DNA from: a virus
Reading direction: 5' to 3' (one strand)
Virus record (IMG/VR): IMGVR_UViG_3300042314_001189
Coordinates: 1-64,000 of that record
DNA length: 64,000 nt
The number at the start of each line of letters is the position of its first letter. Position 1 is the first letter of the stretch. Positions 34,971 through 45,074 of the stretch are shown one piece after another. Made by a program: the position numbers and the translations under genes. Below the pieces are notes generated by a model. That model was given only the letters and a program-made list of their open reading frames with translations, had not been told where the DNA came from and searched no databases.

Positions 34971-36068
34971 ATGGCTAAAAAACCGACAAAGACACCAATC
35001 GATAAAAAAGAATTTAACCTAGAAGATTTTAAAAAAGAACAAGGGTTAGACTTTCAAGTTAAAGAAAAAGATTTAGCATGGATTCCATTATCAGAAGCAT
35101 TTCATGATGCTGTTAAGGTACCTGGAATCCCTATTGGATATTTTACAAGTTTTAGAGGTTATTCAAACACTGGTAAATCAACCGCTATGTATGAAGGTGT
35201 TGCTGGTTGTCAAAAATTAGGTATTTTACCTATTATTTATGAAACAGAAGGTAACTGGAATTGGGAACACGCTAGAAATATTGGTGTGGAATTCGAGGAA
35301 AGAGTAAACGAAGAAACTGGTGAGATTAATTACGTTGGGGATTTCCTTTTTATGCAAGGTGCTGATTTAGTAAAAATGTACTCTTGTTACGACCACCAAC
35401 ATAGCAAAATGGGTACGAAACCATTAAGATATGAACCAGTTGTAGAGGATATTTCATTCCACATGCATTCAATGTTAGATGCGCAACAAGAAGGTAAACT
35501 ACCAAGAGATGTTGCTTTTTACTGGGATTCAGTAGGTTCAATAAATTGTTTCAAAGGTTCTATTTCAAAAACAACGAACAATCAATGGACAGCTGGTGCG
35601 TTAGCAACATGTTTCAAATCACTTATCAATTACAGAATACCAGCTTCTAGACGTGAAGATTCACCATACACAGCTACATTTGCTGTTGTTCAACAAATTT
35701 GGTTAGATAACGAAAACAAAGTTATCAAACATAAAGGTGGTGAAGCGTTCTTTTACTCTCCAAGACTTATTTTCCATTTCGGTGGTATCTTAACACACAG
35801 TACCGAGAAATTAAAAGCAACAATGAATGGTAACGAATATGAGTTTGGTGTTGAAACAAGAATCAGATGCGAAAAGAACCAAGTTAATGGCGTGGTTCAA
35901 AAAGGTAAGTTATGTTCAACACCACATGGTTATGTAAACCCAGATAAAATAACTGAGTATACAAAAGAAAACAAGGAATTTTTCAAATTGCACTTGGACA
36001 CTGAATACGATGATTTTGTCGTAGAAAAAGAAGAAATCGGTTTAAGCAGAGAAGACATGCACGCTTAA
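34971..36068 (+). CDS. uvsX: RecA/UvsX-like recombinase
   Basis: GIPIG, Walker A GYSNTGKS, YETEG, Walker B YWDSVGS, KGGEAFFY, CEKNQV. Confidence 0.85.
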   Translation: MAKKPTKTPIDKKEFNLEDFKKEQGLDFQVKEKDLAWIPLSEAFHDAVKVPGIPIGYFTSFRGYSNTGKSTAMYEGVAGCQKLGILPIIYETEGNWNWEHARNIGVEFEERVNEETGEINYVGDFLFMQGADLVKMYSCYDHQHSKMGTKPLRYEPVVEDISFHMHSMLDAQQEGKLPRDVAFYWDSVGSINCFKGSISKTTNNQWTAGALATCFKSLINYRIPASRREDSPYTATFAVVQQIWLDNENKVIKHKGGEAFFYSPRLIFHFGGILTHSTEKLKATMNGNEYEFGVETRIRCEKNQVNGVVQKGKLCSTPHGYVNPDKITEYTKENKEFFKLHLDTEYDDFVVEKEEIGLSREDMHA

Positions 36069-36096
36069 CCTAGTACTAACTATTAACTTATAAAAT

Positions 36097-37149
36097 GTGA
36101 ATAAAAGACCACCAAGAAACGGTGATACTGTTCAAAAAATTCAAAATACACTACTGGTAGATGGCAATGCCCTTTTTAAAAGGGCATTTGCTGGTGCCAA
36201 AGATGAGTATAATTCAAAAGGTGAACACATAGGTGGTGTTTACCAATTTCTCACACTATTGCGTAAATTGTTAACTGAAGACCTATACCATAGAGTTTAT
36301 GTTTTTTGGGATGGTAATTTCAGTGGAAAACTACGTTATGACATTTACGAACCGTATAAAAGTGGTAGAGGTAAAGATTACAAAAACGGAACTCACCCTA
36401 TAGATGAAGAAGAGATAAAACAGCGTAAGCTTATCTGGGAATACTTAAATGAGTTATACGTAAGACAATTAAAACATGAAGTTATTGAAGGTGATGATTT
36501 TATTGCCTATTATTGTCTAACAAAAAAACAAAACGAAAAAGTCACTATCTGCACTAACGATAGGGATATGGCGCAACTAATAAGCGAAGATGTAAGGATT
36601 TATTTCTTGGACTTAAAAAATTATGTTGATAATTCTAATTTTATTTCGTACTTTTGCTATAAATTAGAAAACGCAGCCCTTATAAAGACTATGATTGGCG
36701 ATAACAGCGATACTATAAAAGGAATCAAAGGTTTAGGGGTGAAAACGTTATTAACACTGTTTCCAGAATTAACTGAAAGAGAATTAAATATTAACGAAAT
36801 TATAAGTATTGCAAAAGAAAAACAAGAAGAAAGATTAAAAAACAAACAAAAACCTCTAGCCGTTTTGGATAACATTATAAATTCGGTAACTGAAGGTGTA
36901 CAAGGTAAAAGAGTTTATGAGATAAACGACATGCTTGTCAACCTTAAAAGACCGATGTTAACTGAAGATGGTATTAGAGAGTTAGAACAATTGATTGATG
37001 GTACTTTAGACTCATCGGGTAGAGATATCAAAAAAGTTCTTATATACATGGAAAGAGATGGGTTAGATAAATCAATAGGTGAGGTTAGATATCCAGAATA
37101 TCTAATACCATTTAAAAAACTTATTGACAGAGAGAAATTAATTTTTTAA
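36097..37149 (+). CDS. 5'-3' exonuclease / RNase H (PolA N-terminal / FEN family)
   Basis: LLVDGNALFKRAF, VFWDG, YKSGR, EGDDFIA, TNDRDMAQL, GDNSDTIKGIKGLGVKT; GTG start. Confidence 0.92.
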   Translation: MNKRPPRNGDTVQKIQNTLLVDGNALFKRAFAGAKDEYNSKGEHIGGVYQFLTLLRKLLTEDLYHRVYVFWDGNFSGKLRYDIYEPYKSGRGKDYKNGTHPIDEEEIKQRKLIWEYLNELYVRQLKHEVIEGDDFIAYYCLTKKQNEKVTICTNDRDMAQLISEDVRIYFLDLKNYVDNSNFISYFCYKLENAALIKTMIGDNSDTIKGIKGLGVKTLLTLFPELTERELNINEIISIAKEKQEERLKNKQKPLAVLDNIINSVTEGVQGKRVYEINDMLVNLKRPMLTEDGIRELEQLIDGTLDSSGRDIKKVLIYMERDGLDKSIGEVRYPEYLIPFKKLIDREKLIF

Positions 37150-37171
37150 CAAAACAAAAAAAAAACAAAAA

Positions 37172-37660
37172 ATGAGTACCGAAACTGAAAAAACAGCTAA
37201 AAAAATTGAAGAACAAAGATTTGAATTTATTCTTTACATTAATGACCATATCATTTGTCAGAGATATTTCAATATTAGAGATTTCAATGAGGATTCTCTT
37301 AATTCACTTGAATTAAAAGAATTGATGGACAACATTGTTGGGATGAACAATGGGCAATATGGTTCTTTGGGTATTATACCTAGATACCTACAAAACAAGT
37401 CTAAAGACTATCTTTGGGATAACTACAACCCATATTTCACGCAAAAAGAAGAAACAACAAAAAACATTTTTGAAAAATTAGACAATTTTCAATTTGAAAT
37501 TAAAGTTGATAAAAATTCAGTTGCAAAAAGTGAGTTCTGTGGTAACTATTTTCCACCAAAGGTTAGATACGCTGTGGACGTTAGAGAAATTATCCCGTCA
37601 ATAATGTCTGAAATCAGACATTCATTGAGTCAAAAAAATTATAACTTGGTTGGTGCATAA
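37172..37660 (+). CDS. Hypothetical protein in replication operon
   Basis: 162 aa ATG ORF between the exonuclease and the helicase. Confidence 0.7.
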   Translation: MSTETEKTAKKIEEQRFEFILYINDHIICQRYFNIRDFNEDSLNSLELKELMDNIVGMNNGQYGSLGIIPRYLQNKSKDYLWDNYNPYFTQKEETTKNIFEKLDNFQFEIKVDKNSVAKSEFCGNYFPPKVRYAVDVREIIPSIMSEIRHSLSQKNYNLVGA

Positions 37661-37673
37661 TCGACCAAGTTAT
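37641..37673 (+). other. 14-bp RNA hairpin spanning the stop codon
   Basis: ATAACTTGGTTGGT-GCATA-ATCGACCAAGTTAT (two G.U pairs); no classical U tract. Confidence 0.55.
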
Positions 37674-37717
37674 TATATTTATTATAACAAACAGTTTTTA
37701 AAAACAGAAAGAAAAGA

Positions 37718-39148
37718 ATGGCAAAAATAGACAAAAATAGTTTAGGGTATCTAGGGTACGATTATCAATTAAGATTAATAGCGCAAATATTAACAGACAG
37801 AAAATTCGCCAGCTCAATTATAGACATTGTTGACCCTAATTATTTTGAAGACCCATATTTAAGGGTTGTTGCTGCCACAATTAAAGACGCTGCCAAAAAG
37901 GATGATATTATACCAGATGTTGGCAGTTTAGAGTTTAGATTATTAGAAGATGTAACCGATGATATACAAAGAAAGTATGTCATCGGTCAACTTCGTAAGA
38001 TAAAGGAAGCTGATTTGAACGATACGCTTAAAGTACAAGATATCGCAATGAAGTTTTGCAAGCAACAAGAATTAAAAAAATCGGTAAATGAAATTACCAA
38101 AATCATAAATAAAGGAAACATCGATGATTATGAACAATGTGAGGCTATATTAAGAAAAGCTTTAGAACATGGTGATAACAAAGATGATGGGATTAGTGTT
38201 TTCGACAACATTGATAGCGTATTGGAAGATGACTTTAGAAAACCAATACGAACTGGTATAAAGGGTTTAGATGATGTTATGGATGGTGGGTTATCCAAAA
38301 CAGAATTAGCTGTTATATTGGCACCTTTTGGTGTTGGTAAAACAACTATGATGACAAAAATTGCCAACACCGCAATCAGTGATGGTAAAAAAGTTTTACA
38401 AATATTTTTCGAAGATAACCCAAAAGTTATCCAAAGAAAACATTTATCTTGTTGGTCTGGTTACGATTTGAATAGTTTATCTCTACATAAAGACGAACTT
38501 ATTCAAATGACAAAAGAGTGGGAGGAAGGCATGAAAGGTAAAGGTCAATTAATACTTAAAAAGTTTTCTAGTGACGGAACCACTATCCCAGTAATTAGAC
38601 AATATATTAGAAAGTTGATTGCTCAAGGTTTCAGACCAGATATTGTTTTGCTAGATTATATTGATTGTGTTGAACCATCTAGAAAATTTGATGATGTTAA
38701 TGTTGGTGAAGGTAGCGTTATGCGACAGTTCGAAACCATGTTATCAGAATTAGATATTGCTGGTTGGACAGCCATTCAAGGAAACAGAAGTTCAATTAAA
38801 GCAGATGTGGTTGAGGCCGACCAAATGGGTGGTTCAATCAAGAAAGCTCAAATTGCGCATTTTGTTGTATCAATAGCAAAAACACTCGACCAAAAAGAGG
38901 CTGGAACAGCTACTATGGCTATTCTTAAATCTCGTTTTGGTAAATCTGGATTAATATTCGAAGATATTAGATTTGATAATGCAACAATTCAAATCGATAT
39001 GGGCCAAAACAATGGCGCAAGAACGCATAGTGAGCACAAGCAAGGAAAAGAAGTTGCTGGACAGCAAAGAGTCAACACTGTTTTAGAAGCAGCGAAACAA
39101 AGAAACGCTGTATTGAATGCGTTAACAACGCCAAAAATAGACGAATAA
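37718..39148 (+). CDS. dnaB: Replicative helicase (DnaB / T4 gp41-like)
   Basis: TGIKGLDDVMDGGL, Walker A APFGVGKT, FFED, LLDYID, TAIQGNR, KSRFG. Confidence 0.93.
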   Translation: MAKIDKNSLGYLGYDYQLRLIAQILTDRKFASSIIDIVDPNYFEDPYLRVVAATIKDAAKKDDIIPDVGSLEFRLLEDVTDDIQRKYVIGQLRKIKEADLNDTLKVQDIAMKFCKQQELKKSVNEITKIINKGNIDDYEQCEAILRKALEHGDNKDDGISVFDNIDSVLEDDFRKPIRTGIKGLDDVMDGGLSKTELAVILAPFGVGKTTMMTKIANTAISDGKKVLQIFFEDNPKVIQRKHLSCWSGYDLNSLSLHKDELIQMTKEWEEGMKGKGQLILKKFSSDGTTIPVIRQYIRKLIAQGFRPDIVLLDYIDCVEPSRKFDDVNVGEGSVMRQFETMLSELDIAGWTAIQGNRSSIKADVVEADQMGGSIKKAQIAHFVVSIAKTLDQKEAGTATMAILKSRFGKSGLIFEDIRFDNATIQIDMGQNNGARTHSEHKQGKEVAGQQRVNTVLEAAKQRNAVLNALTTPKIDE

Positions 39149-39173
39149 AAATTAAAATTAAGATTTAAGAGAG

Positions 39174-40127
39174 ATGTATTTAAAAGATAAGACATTAAAA
39201 AAAAGGTATTCTATTTTCCCAATCGTTCATAACGATTTGTGGCAGATGTACAAAAAAGCCGAAGCTCAAACATGGGTTGCCGAAGAACCAGATTTATCAA
39301 AAGATAGATTTGACGAATTAAAAGATAACGAAAAAACTTACTTGAAAAACATTTTAGCGTTTTTCGCTATTTCTGATGGTTTAGTTATTGATAACCTAGC
39401 TACAAACTTTTTAAATGAAGTTGAAATTCTAGAAGCTCAATATTTTTACGGTCACCAAACGTTTATTGAACAAGTACATGCAAATGGTTATTCTTTGTTA
39501 ATCGAAACGTATATAAAAAATCTATTGGAAAGAGAAGAGTTATTCAATTCTATGGAAACAAACCCAGCTGTTGGTAAAAAAGCAGCATGGGCTGAAAATT
39601 GGATTCAACACCCTTCATTTGGTCATAGATTAGTTGCGTTTGCATGTGTTGAAGGTATTTCATTTGCTAGTGTATTCTCTGGTGTGTTTTGGTTTAGAAG
39701 TAGAAACAAGATGCCTGGATTGGGTGCTATGAATGAACTTATTTTGAGAGACGAAACATTCCATTATGAATTTGCACTTAACCTTTATAAAAATTATTTG
39801 AAAGATGACTACAAACTTTCAAAAGAAGAATTGCGAAACATTATATTAGGGTGTTATGAGGCTGAAAAAGTTTTTGTTGAGGAAAGTATGCCAGATGGGT
39901 TACAAGGGTTAACAAAAGAAGATATGGTTAAATACGTACAATATGTTACAGATGTTGTGTTGAACGATTTTGGTTGTGAAACAGAATTCAAAGTAAGTAA
40001 TCCATTAGAATACATGTCTAGAATTGGTTTATCATCTAAAAATAATTTCTTTGAAAAAAGAGAGGGTGAATACACTAGAGTTGAAATACCAACAACTATG
40101 GATGGTATTTTTGATGAAGAATTTTAA
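39174..40127 (+). CDS. nrdB: Ribonucleotide reductase class Ia beta subunit
   Basis: FFAISDGLV, EQVHANGY (radical Tyr present), VEGISF, RDETFH, NFFEKR..EY. Confidence 0.96.
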   Translation: MYLKDKTLKKRYSIFPIVHNDLWQMYKKAEAQTWVAEEPDLSKDRFDELKDNEKTYLKNILAFFAISDGLVIDNLATNFLNEVEILEAQYFYGHQTFIEQVHANGYSLLIETYIKNLLEREELFNSMETNPAVGKKAAWAENWIQHPSFGHRLVAFACVEGISFASVFSGVFWFRSRNKMPGLGAMNELILRDETFHYEFALNLYKNYLKDDYKLSKEELRNIILGCYEAEKVFVEESMPDGLQGLTKEDMVKYVQYVTDVVLNDFGCETEFKVSNPLEYMSRIGLSSKNNFFEKREGEYTRVEIPTTMDGIFDEEF

Positions 40128-40149
40128 TAATTAAAATAAACAGATAAAA

Positions 40150-42306
40150 ATGAGAATACTTAAAAGAGATAAATCAACACAAGCTTTCACACCTAACAAA
40201 ATATTAACAAGAATAAAAACACAAGCCAAAGGCTTGAAAGTGGATTCGGATATTTTGTTTCAAGAAGTGATTCCTTTGATTAGTGATAATATAACGACAA
40301 CAGAGATTGATGAAATAATTGCGTTTAAGGCCGCTGATAAAATCATTCAACATCCAGATTATTCATTATTGGGTGGTAGAATTTTATTAAGTCGACAATC
40401 TAAATTAATAAACAAAGAATTACAACCAGTAGATTTAACCTATGACTTCTTTGCTGCGACAACTTTCTTGTCAAAATACTCAATGAAAGACGATAAAAAA
40501 ACACCTATCGAATTACCATCATGTATGTATGAAAGAGTTGCGAAACATTTGCATGGTGAAAATGAATCTGACAAATTAGAATTGTTAGAAGAACTTAAAT
40601 CTAAAAGAGGTAACTTTGCAACACCAACATACACAAACGCTGGTATTGAAAAAAGAGGTGGTATGATTAGTTGTAATCTAACACACTTGGAAGAAGACTC
40701 GTTTGACGGTATTGAAAATACTCTTTCTAAGATATCTTCAGCGTCAAAAGAAGGTTCTGGTATCGGATTACTGATTGACCCATTAAGAAGCAAGGAAAGT
40801 GTTGTTGAATCGTTTCAAGGAAACGCTGGTGGTGTTGTTAGATTGGCTGACATGGTTCAATCAAAAATGAGGTTCTATAAACAAGGTTCACGTTCTGGTA
40901 GCTGCGCATTATATTTGTCATTGTGGCATAAAGATATTATTGATTTCTTAGATTTAACATTACCTATTGGTGACGAACAATTAAGAACTCGTGATTTGTT
41001 TACATCTGTAATCGTGAACGACTTGTTTATGCAAAAATTAGAGAAGGGTGAAGATTGGTATTTGTTCTGTCCTAATGACATTAAAAAAGCTGGGTTAAAA
41101 CCACTTTACAATCTACATGGTGCGCAATTTAATGCTGAGTATGAAAAAGCCGTTTCTTTAGGTATTGGTAAAAAGGTTAACCCTAAAGACATTTTTGACT
41201 CGATAATTAAATCACAAGTTGAAAGCGGTAGACCTTATGTGATGTTTAAAGACAACGCAAACAAAAGAAACATGCAGAGCAATATCGGACCAATTAAACA
41301 ATCTAATTTGTGTATAGAGGTAATGCAAGCTTCAAAACCTAAATATACACCACAATGTACTTTAGCCTCAGTTAACTTAGCAGAACACGATAATCTAGAA
41401 ACAATAGCTAAAACAACAAAAGTTTTGGTTAAAGCACTGAACAGAGTAATCGAAACGAACAAATGGAGTGATGATTGGAGTAAAAAAGCTGGTGTTGACC
41501 AAAGAGCTTTGGCTATTGGTGTTGCTGGATTGGCTGATTTTTTCGCTAAGAAAAAAATATCTTTTGAAAGCGAAGAAGCTAAAAAATGGAATAAAGACAT
41601 TTTTGAAACAATGTATAAAGCTGCTGTTACCGAATCAATGGAATTGGCTATTGAACAAGGTATCAATTATCCAGCTTGGGAAGGTAGTCCATATTCTAAA
41701 GGTGAAACATATATCGAAGGATGGTCACCACTACCAGAGGGGCAACCAATCCCAATGCTTAATAGCTTATTGTTAGGTCTTATGCCAACAGCGTCTTCAG
41801 CTATTTTATTAGGTGTTTTTGAATCGTTTGAACCAGTTACATCTAATTTATTTACTAGAAGAGTTGGTCAAGGTGAATTTTTGATTGTAAACAAATACTT
41901 GGTAAATGAATTGATTGATAACGATTTATGGGATTCTGAAATGGTTGATAAAATCATAAAAAATAAAGGTAGTGTTCAAAATATTGTTGAAATACCAGAA
42001 GACATTAGATACAGATATAAAGACGTTTGGGAAATATCGCAAAAAGTATTGTTAGATTTATCTATAATCAGAAATAAATTTGTAGACCAATCACAATCAT
42101 TGAATGTTTACCATTCAGATGCTAAATACGGTAAAATAGCTAGTGCGCTCATGTATGCTTGGAAAGGTGGTTTAAAAACTGGTGTTTACTACACTAGAAC
42201 CAAATCAAAATTGGATGCAAACGCTAAATTAGCTAGCACACAGTTAGTCACAACGGTTGAAAAACCAAAAGACAGTCAATTTGAATGTTTTGGGTGTTCA
42301 GCTTAA
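40150..42306 (+). CDS. nrdA: Ribonucleotide reductase class Ia alpha subunit with ATP cone
   Basis: ILKRD ATP cone, ATPT..NAG, ISC, SNLCIE, CTLASVNL, MPTASS, DQSQS, LKTGVYY; C-terminal CFGC. Confidence 0.97.
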   Translation: MRILKRDKSTQAFTPNKILTRIKTQAKGLKVDSDILFQEVIPLISDNITTTEIDEIIAFKAADKIIQHPDYSLLGGRILLSRQSKLINKELQPVDLTYDFFAATTFLSKYSMKDDKKTPIELPSCMYERVAKHLHGENESDKLELLEELKSKRGNFATPTYTNAGIEKRGGMISCNLTHLEEDSFDGIENTLSKISSASKEGSGIGLLIDPLRSKESVVESFQGNAGGVVRLADMVQSKMRFYKQGSRSGSCALYLSLWHKDIIDFLDLTLPIGDEQLRTRDLFTSVIVNDLFMQKLEKGEDWYLFCPNDIKKAGLKPLYNLHGAQFNAEYEKAVSLGIGKKVNPKDIFDSIIKSQVESGRPYVMFKDNANKRNMQSNIGPIKQSNLCIEVMQASKPKYTPQCTLASVNLAEHDNLETIAKTTKVLVKALNRVIETNKWSDDWSKKAGVDQRALAIGVAGLADFFAKKKISFESEEAKKWNKDIFETMYKAAVTESMELAIEQGINYPAWEGSPYSKGETYIEGWSPLPEGQPIPMLNSLLLGLMPTASSAILLGVFESFEPVTSNLFTRRVGQGEFLIVNKYLVNELIDNDLWDSEMVDKIIKNKGSVQNIVEIPEDIRYRYKDVWEISQKVLLDLSIIRNKFVDQSQSLNVYHSDAKYGKIASALMYAWKGGLKTGVYYTRTKSKLDANAKLASTQLVTTVEKPKDSQFECFGCSA

Positions 42307-42324
42307 AAGATAAGTAAAAAAAAT

Positions 42325-42350
42325 AAAGGGGTCATATGACCCCTTTTTTT
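42325..42350 (+). terminator. Intrinsic terminator
   Basis: AAAGGGGTC-ATAT-GACCCCTTTTTTT. Confidence 0.9.
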
Positions 42351-42409
42351 ATTTACCATATTTACTTATAAAAATAATTTATTATCATATTTATCTAATA
42401 AACGATTTT

Positions 42410-42796
42410 ATGGCAAACGGAAAATATATTAACATAAACTATCCTTTCAAAGATAGTAAAAAGGGTTTTTTCTTAGATTTAACAGAACAAGACAATCAAG
42501 CGATAAAAGCTGACCTTTTACACTTAATTTTAACTAGAAGAGGGCAAAGACTTTACAACCCAGATTTTGGTACTGACTTGCTTAGATTTATCTTTGAACC
42601 AAACGATGCTTTGACCCTTCAAGGTGTTAAAGACGAGATAACAACTGTTGTAAAAAAATTTTTACCTAAATTACAATTAAACGAAATTATAATAGAGCAA
42701 TCACCAGAAAGTGAATATGCGGCTGTTGTAACAATAAGCTATGTAATAACTGATGACGTTTTTACAACATCAGATGTAGTAGTTATTAAAATATAA
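42410..42796 (+). CDS. gp25: Baseplate wedge protein gp25-like
   Basis: AIKADLLHLILTRRGQRLYNPDFGTDLLRFIFEP. Confidence 0.92.
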   Translation: MANGKYININYPFKDSKKGFFLDLTEQDNQAIKADLLHLILTRRGQRLYNPDFGTDLLRFIFEPNDALTLQGVKDEITTVVKKFLPKLQLNEIIIEQSPESEYAAVVTISYVITDDVFTTSDVVVIKI

Positions 42797-42805
42797 AACA
42801 AAAAT

Positions 42806-44623
42806 ATGGCACAAGAAGTTAATTATTCATCACGAAATTTTGCGGATATAAGAACAGACTTAGTTAATTACGTAAGACAATATTATCCAGATATCTTTAA
42901 TGATTTCAATGACGCATCGGTTGGTATGATGCTTTTAGAATTAAATGCTGCGGTTGGTGATATGTTATCATACAACACAGATAGAATGTTTGCTGAAACT
43001 CAAATTGATTACGCAAAAGAAAGGAAATCATTGTTATCTATGGCTAGAACATTCGGTTTAAAAATACCAGGAAAAAGAGCCAGCGCAACCATTGTTGATT
43101 TAAGTATTACATTACCAGTTTTTGGTGACACATTTGACGTTTCATATGCACCAATTATTAAAGCTGGGTCACAAGTTTCTGGTGCTGGAAAAGTTTTTGA
43201 ACTTGTTAGTGATGTAGATTTTTCTAGTCCGTTTACAATTGGCGGTATACCTAATAGGTTAATATTACCAAATTTTAACGCAAATGGGACATTGATAAAT
43301 TATACACTAATCAAAAGAGAAATGGTTACAAACGGTTTTTCAAAAATTCTTAAAAGGGTTATAACAACATCTGACGTAAGACCATTTTTAGAGGTTATAT
43401 TACCAGATGATAACGTATTATCTGTCGATTCAATCATAACATTACCAGGAACATCATACATTGGTGAACCTAGTTTAGATGAATTTTTAAATATAGACAA
43501 TAGATGGTTTGAAGTTGATGCTTTGGCCGAAGATAAAGTTTTCATTGAGGATAACACAAGAACTAGTGATAACTCTGGTATAAAACCAGGAAAATGGATT
43601 TCAGTAAGTAAAAAATTCATAAGGGAATACACAGATTTAGGTTTTACAAAAATAACATTTGGTGCTGGTACTCAAGACATAAGCAGCTTATGTGATTTCG
43701 ACACCAACAAAGCATTGGTCAACCAAATAGGTAATTTTATAAACAATATGTCGTTGGGTGTTATACCAACAGCCAACACAACTATGTTTATCAAATATAG
43801 AGTAGGTGGTGGTGCTGATAGTAATTTAGGACCCAACACGATTAAAGGACTTGGTATTATAAACATGAGTGTAAATGGTCCAGATAGCACTGTAAATCAA
43901 AATGTAAAAAAATCTCTAAAGGTTAATAATCTATTCCCAGCTATCGGTGGTAAAGATTCACCAAGCGTTGAAGAAGTTAGAAACATGGTTAGATACAATT
44001 TTTCATCTCAAAATAGAGCTGTAACAATCAAAGATTATCAAACAAAAATTGCGCAAATACCTGGAAAATTTGGAGCACCATTTAGAAATGGTATTTTTGA
44101 GGAACAAAATAAAATAAAAATGTATGTTTTAAGTTTGGACCAAAACGGTTCGTTAACAAACCAAACGACAACAACATTAAAAGAAAATATAAGCAACTAT
44201 TTGGCCGACTTTAGAATGCTTAATGATTATGTTCAAATAACTGATGGAAGAATCATTAACATATCTTTTGAAATTGATTTATATATTGATAAAAAAGCAC
44301 CGCAATCACAAGTAATTTCACAAGTTATAAATGAGGTTAAAAATTATTTTGATGTTAACAAATTTGAAATGGGTCAAGATATATACATTTCAAATTTAAT
44401 TGAAACAATAAATAATATTGGCGGTGTCTTGAATTTAGTTGGATTGAGGGTTTATAATAAAGTTGGTGGTGGTTATAGTTTAAATGAAACATCACAACCA
44501 TATTTTGATATAACAACTGGACAAATAGACATCTCCGAAGATAACACATTATTCGGTGAACCAACTTCTATGTATGAGATAAAATACCCAACAAAAGATA
44601 TTCTAGTTAGGGTTAGACAATAA
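42806..44623 (+). CDS. gp6: Baseplate wedge protein gp6-like (baseplate J family)
   Basis: NYSSRNFADIRTDL, DFNDASVGMMLLEL, YRVGGGADSN, GGKD, SSQNRAVTIKDY. Confidence 0.9.
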   Translation: MAQEVNYSSRNFADIRTDLVNYVRQYYPDIFNDFNDASVGMMLLELNAAVGDMLSYNTDRMFAETQIDYAKERKSLLSMARTFGLKIPGKRASATIVDLSITLPVFGDTFDVSYAPIIKAGSQVSGAGKVFELVSDVDFSSPFTIGGIPNRLILPNFNANGTLINYTLIKREMVTNGFSKILKRVITTSDVRPFLEVILPDDNVLSVDSIITLPGTSYIGEPSLDEFLNIDNRWFEVDALAEDKVFIEDNTRTSDNSGIKPGKWISVSKKFIREYTDLGFTKITFGAGTQDISSLCDFDTNKALVNQIGNFINNMSLGVIPTANTTMFIKYRVGGGADSNLGPNTIKGLGIINMSVNGPDSTVNQNVKKSLKVNNLFPAIGGKDSPSVEEVRNMVRYNFSSQNRAVTIKDYQTKIAQIPGKFGAPFRNGIFEEQNKIKMYVLSLDQNGSLTNQTTTTLKENISNYLADFRMLNDYVQITDGRIINISFEIDLYIDKKAPQSQVISQVINEVKNYFDVNKFEMGQDIYISNLIETINNIGGVLNLVGLRVYNKVGGGYSLNETSQPYFDITTGQIDISEDNTLFGEPTSMYEIKYPTKDILVRVRQ

Positions 44624-44688
44624 CATTTATTTATTTCTAAATAATCGTTATACTTGTAGAAATAAAAAGTTATTAAAAACAAAGAAAA

Positions 44689-45069
44689 ATGGGATGCAAT
44701 TGTAAAACTGGTGGGACACCTAATCCAAACTTTAAATCAAACAATAATGATTCTGGGGTGAATCCTAGACATAAGAATTTATCTTCTTTTTTAGGTTATA
44801 CAGCTAAACTAATTGGTTTTTTTGTTGGCCTTTTATTATTACCGTTAATAAACGTAGCCATTGTTTGGTTTATGTTTAACACATTGGTTTTAACGAAAGA
44901 AGTAGATGTAAGAGGGTTATTTTCCAGATTAACAAAAACAAAAAAGTTTAAATCATTAGTGAAAGACGAAGATGATGAGGACGAAGATGACGATGACGAT
45001 TATGAAAATTTAACTGAGGATGATTTGATAATGGTTGATGTCGAAGATATAACACCTAAGAGCAAATAA
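44689..45069 (+). CDS. Small membrane protein
   Basis: MGCNCK start, long hydrophobic segment LIGFFVGLLLLPLINVAIVWFMF, acidic D/E tail. Confidence 0.7.
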   Translation: MGCNCKTGGTPNPNFKSNNNDSGVNPRHKNLSSFLGYTAKLIGFFVGLLLLPLINVAIVWFMFNTLVLTKEVDVRGLFSRLTKTKKFKSLVKDEDDEDEDDDDDYENLTEDDLIMVDVEDITPKSK

Positions 45070-45074
45070 ATTTT

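Noticed and set aside
36095-36100. ATG-TGA start-stop overlapping the GTG start of the exonuclease
   Set aside because: Single instance, easily produced by chance from an A-rich leader plus GTG AAT; no supporting pattern.
37718-42306. Inteins or introns in dnaB, nrdB, nrdA
   Set aside because: Lengths are normal or compact and catalytic motifs are contiguous.
10571-42350. TCATATGA core shared by two terminators (10575 and 42332) as a protein-binding site
   Set aside because: Only two copies, and both are fully explained as hairpin loops of ordinary intrinsic terminators.
7701-44623. Bacterial eCIS/T6SS/tailocin locus instead of a phage
   Set aside because: Neck genes, SSB, UvsX, DnaB, RNR and a dedicated late motif indicate a replicating T4-like phage.
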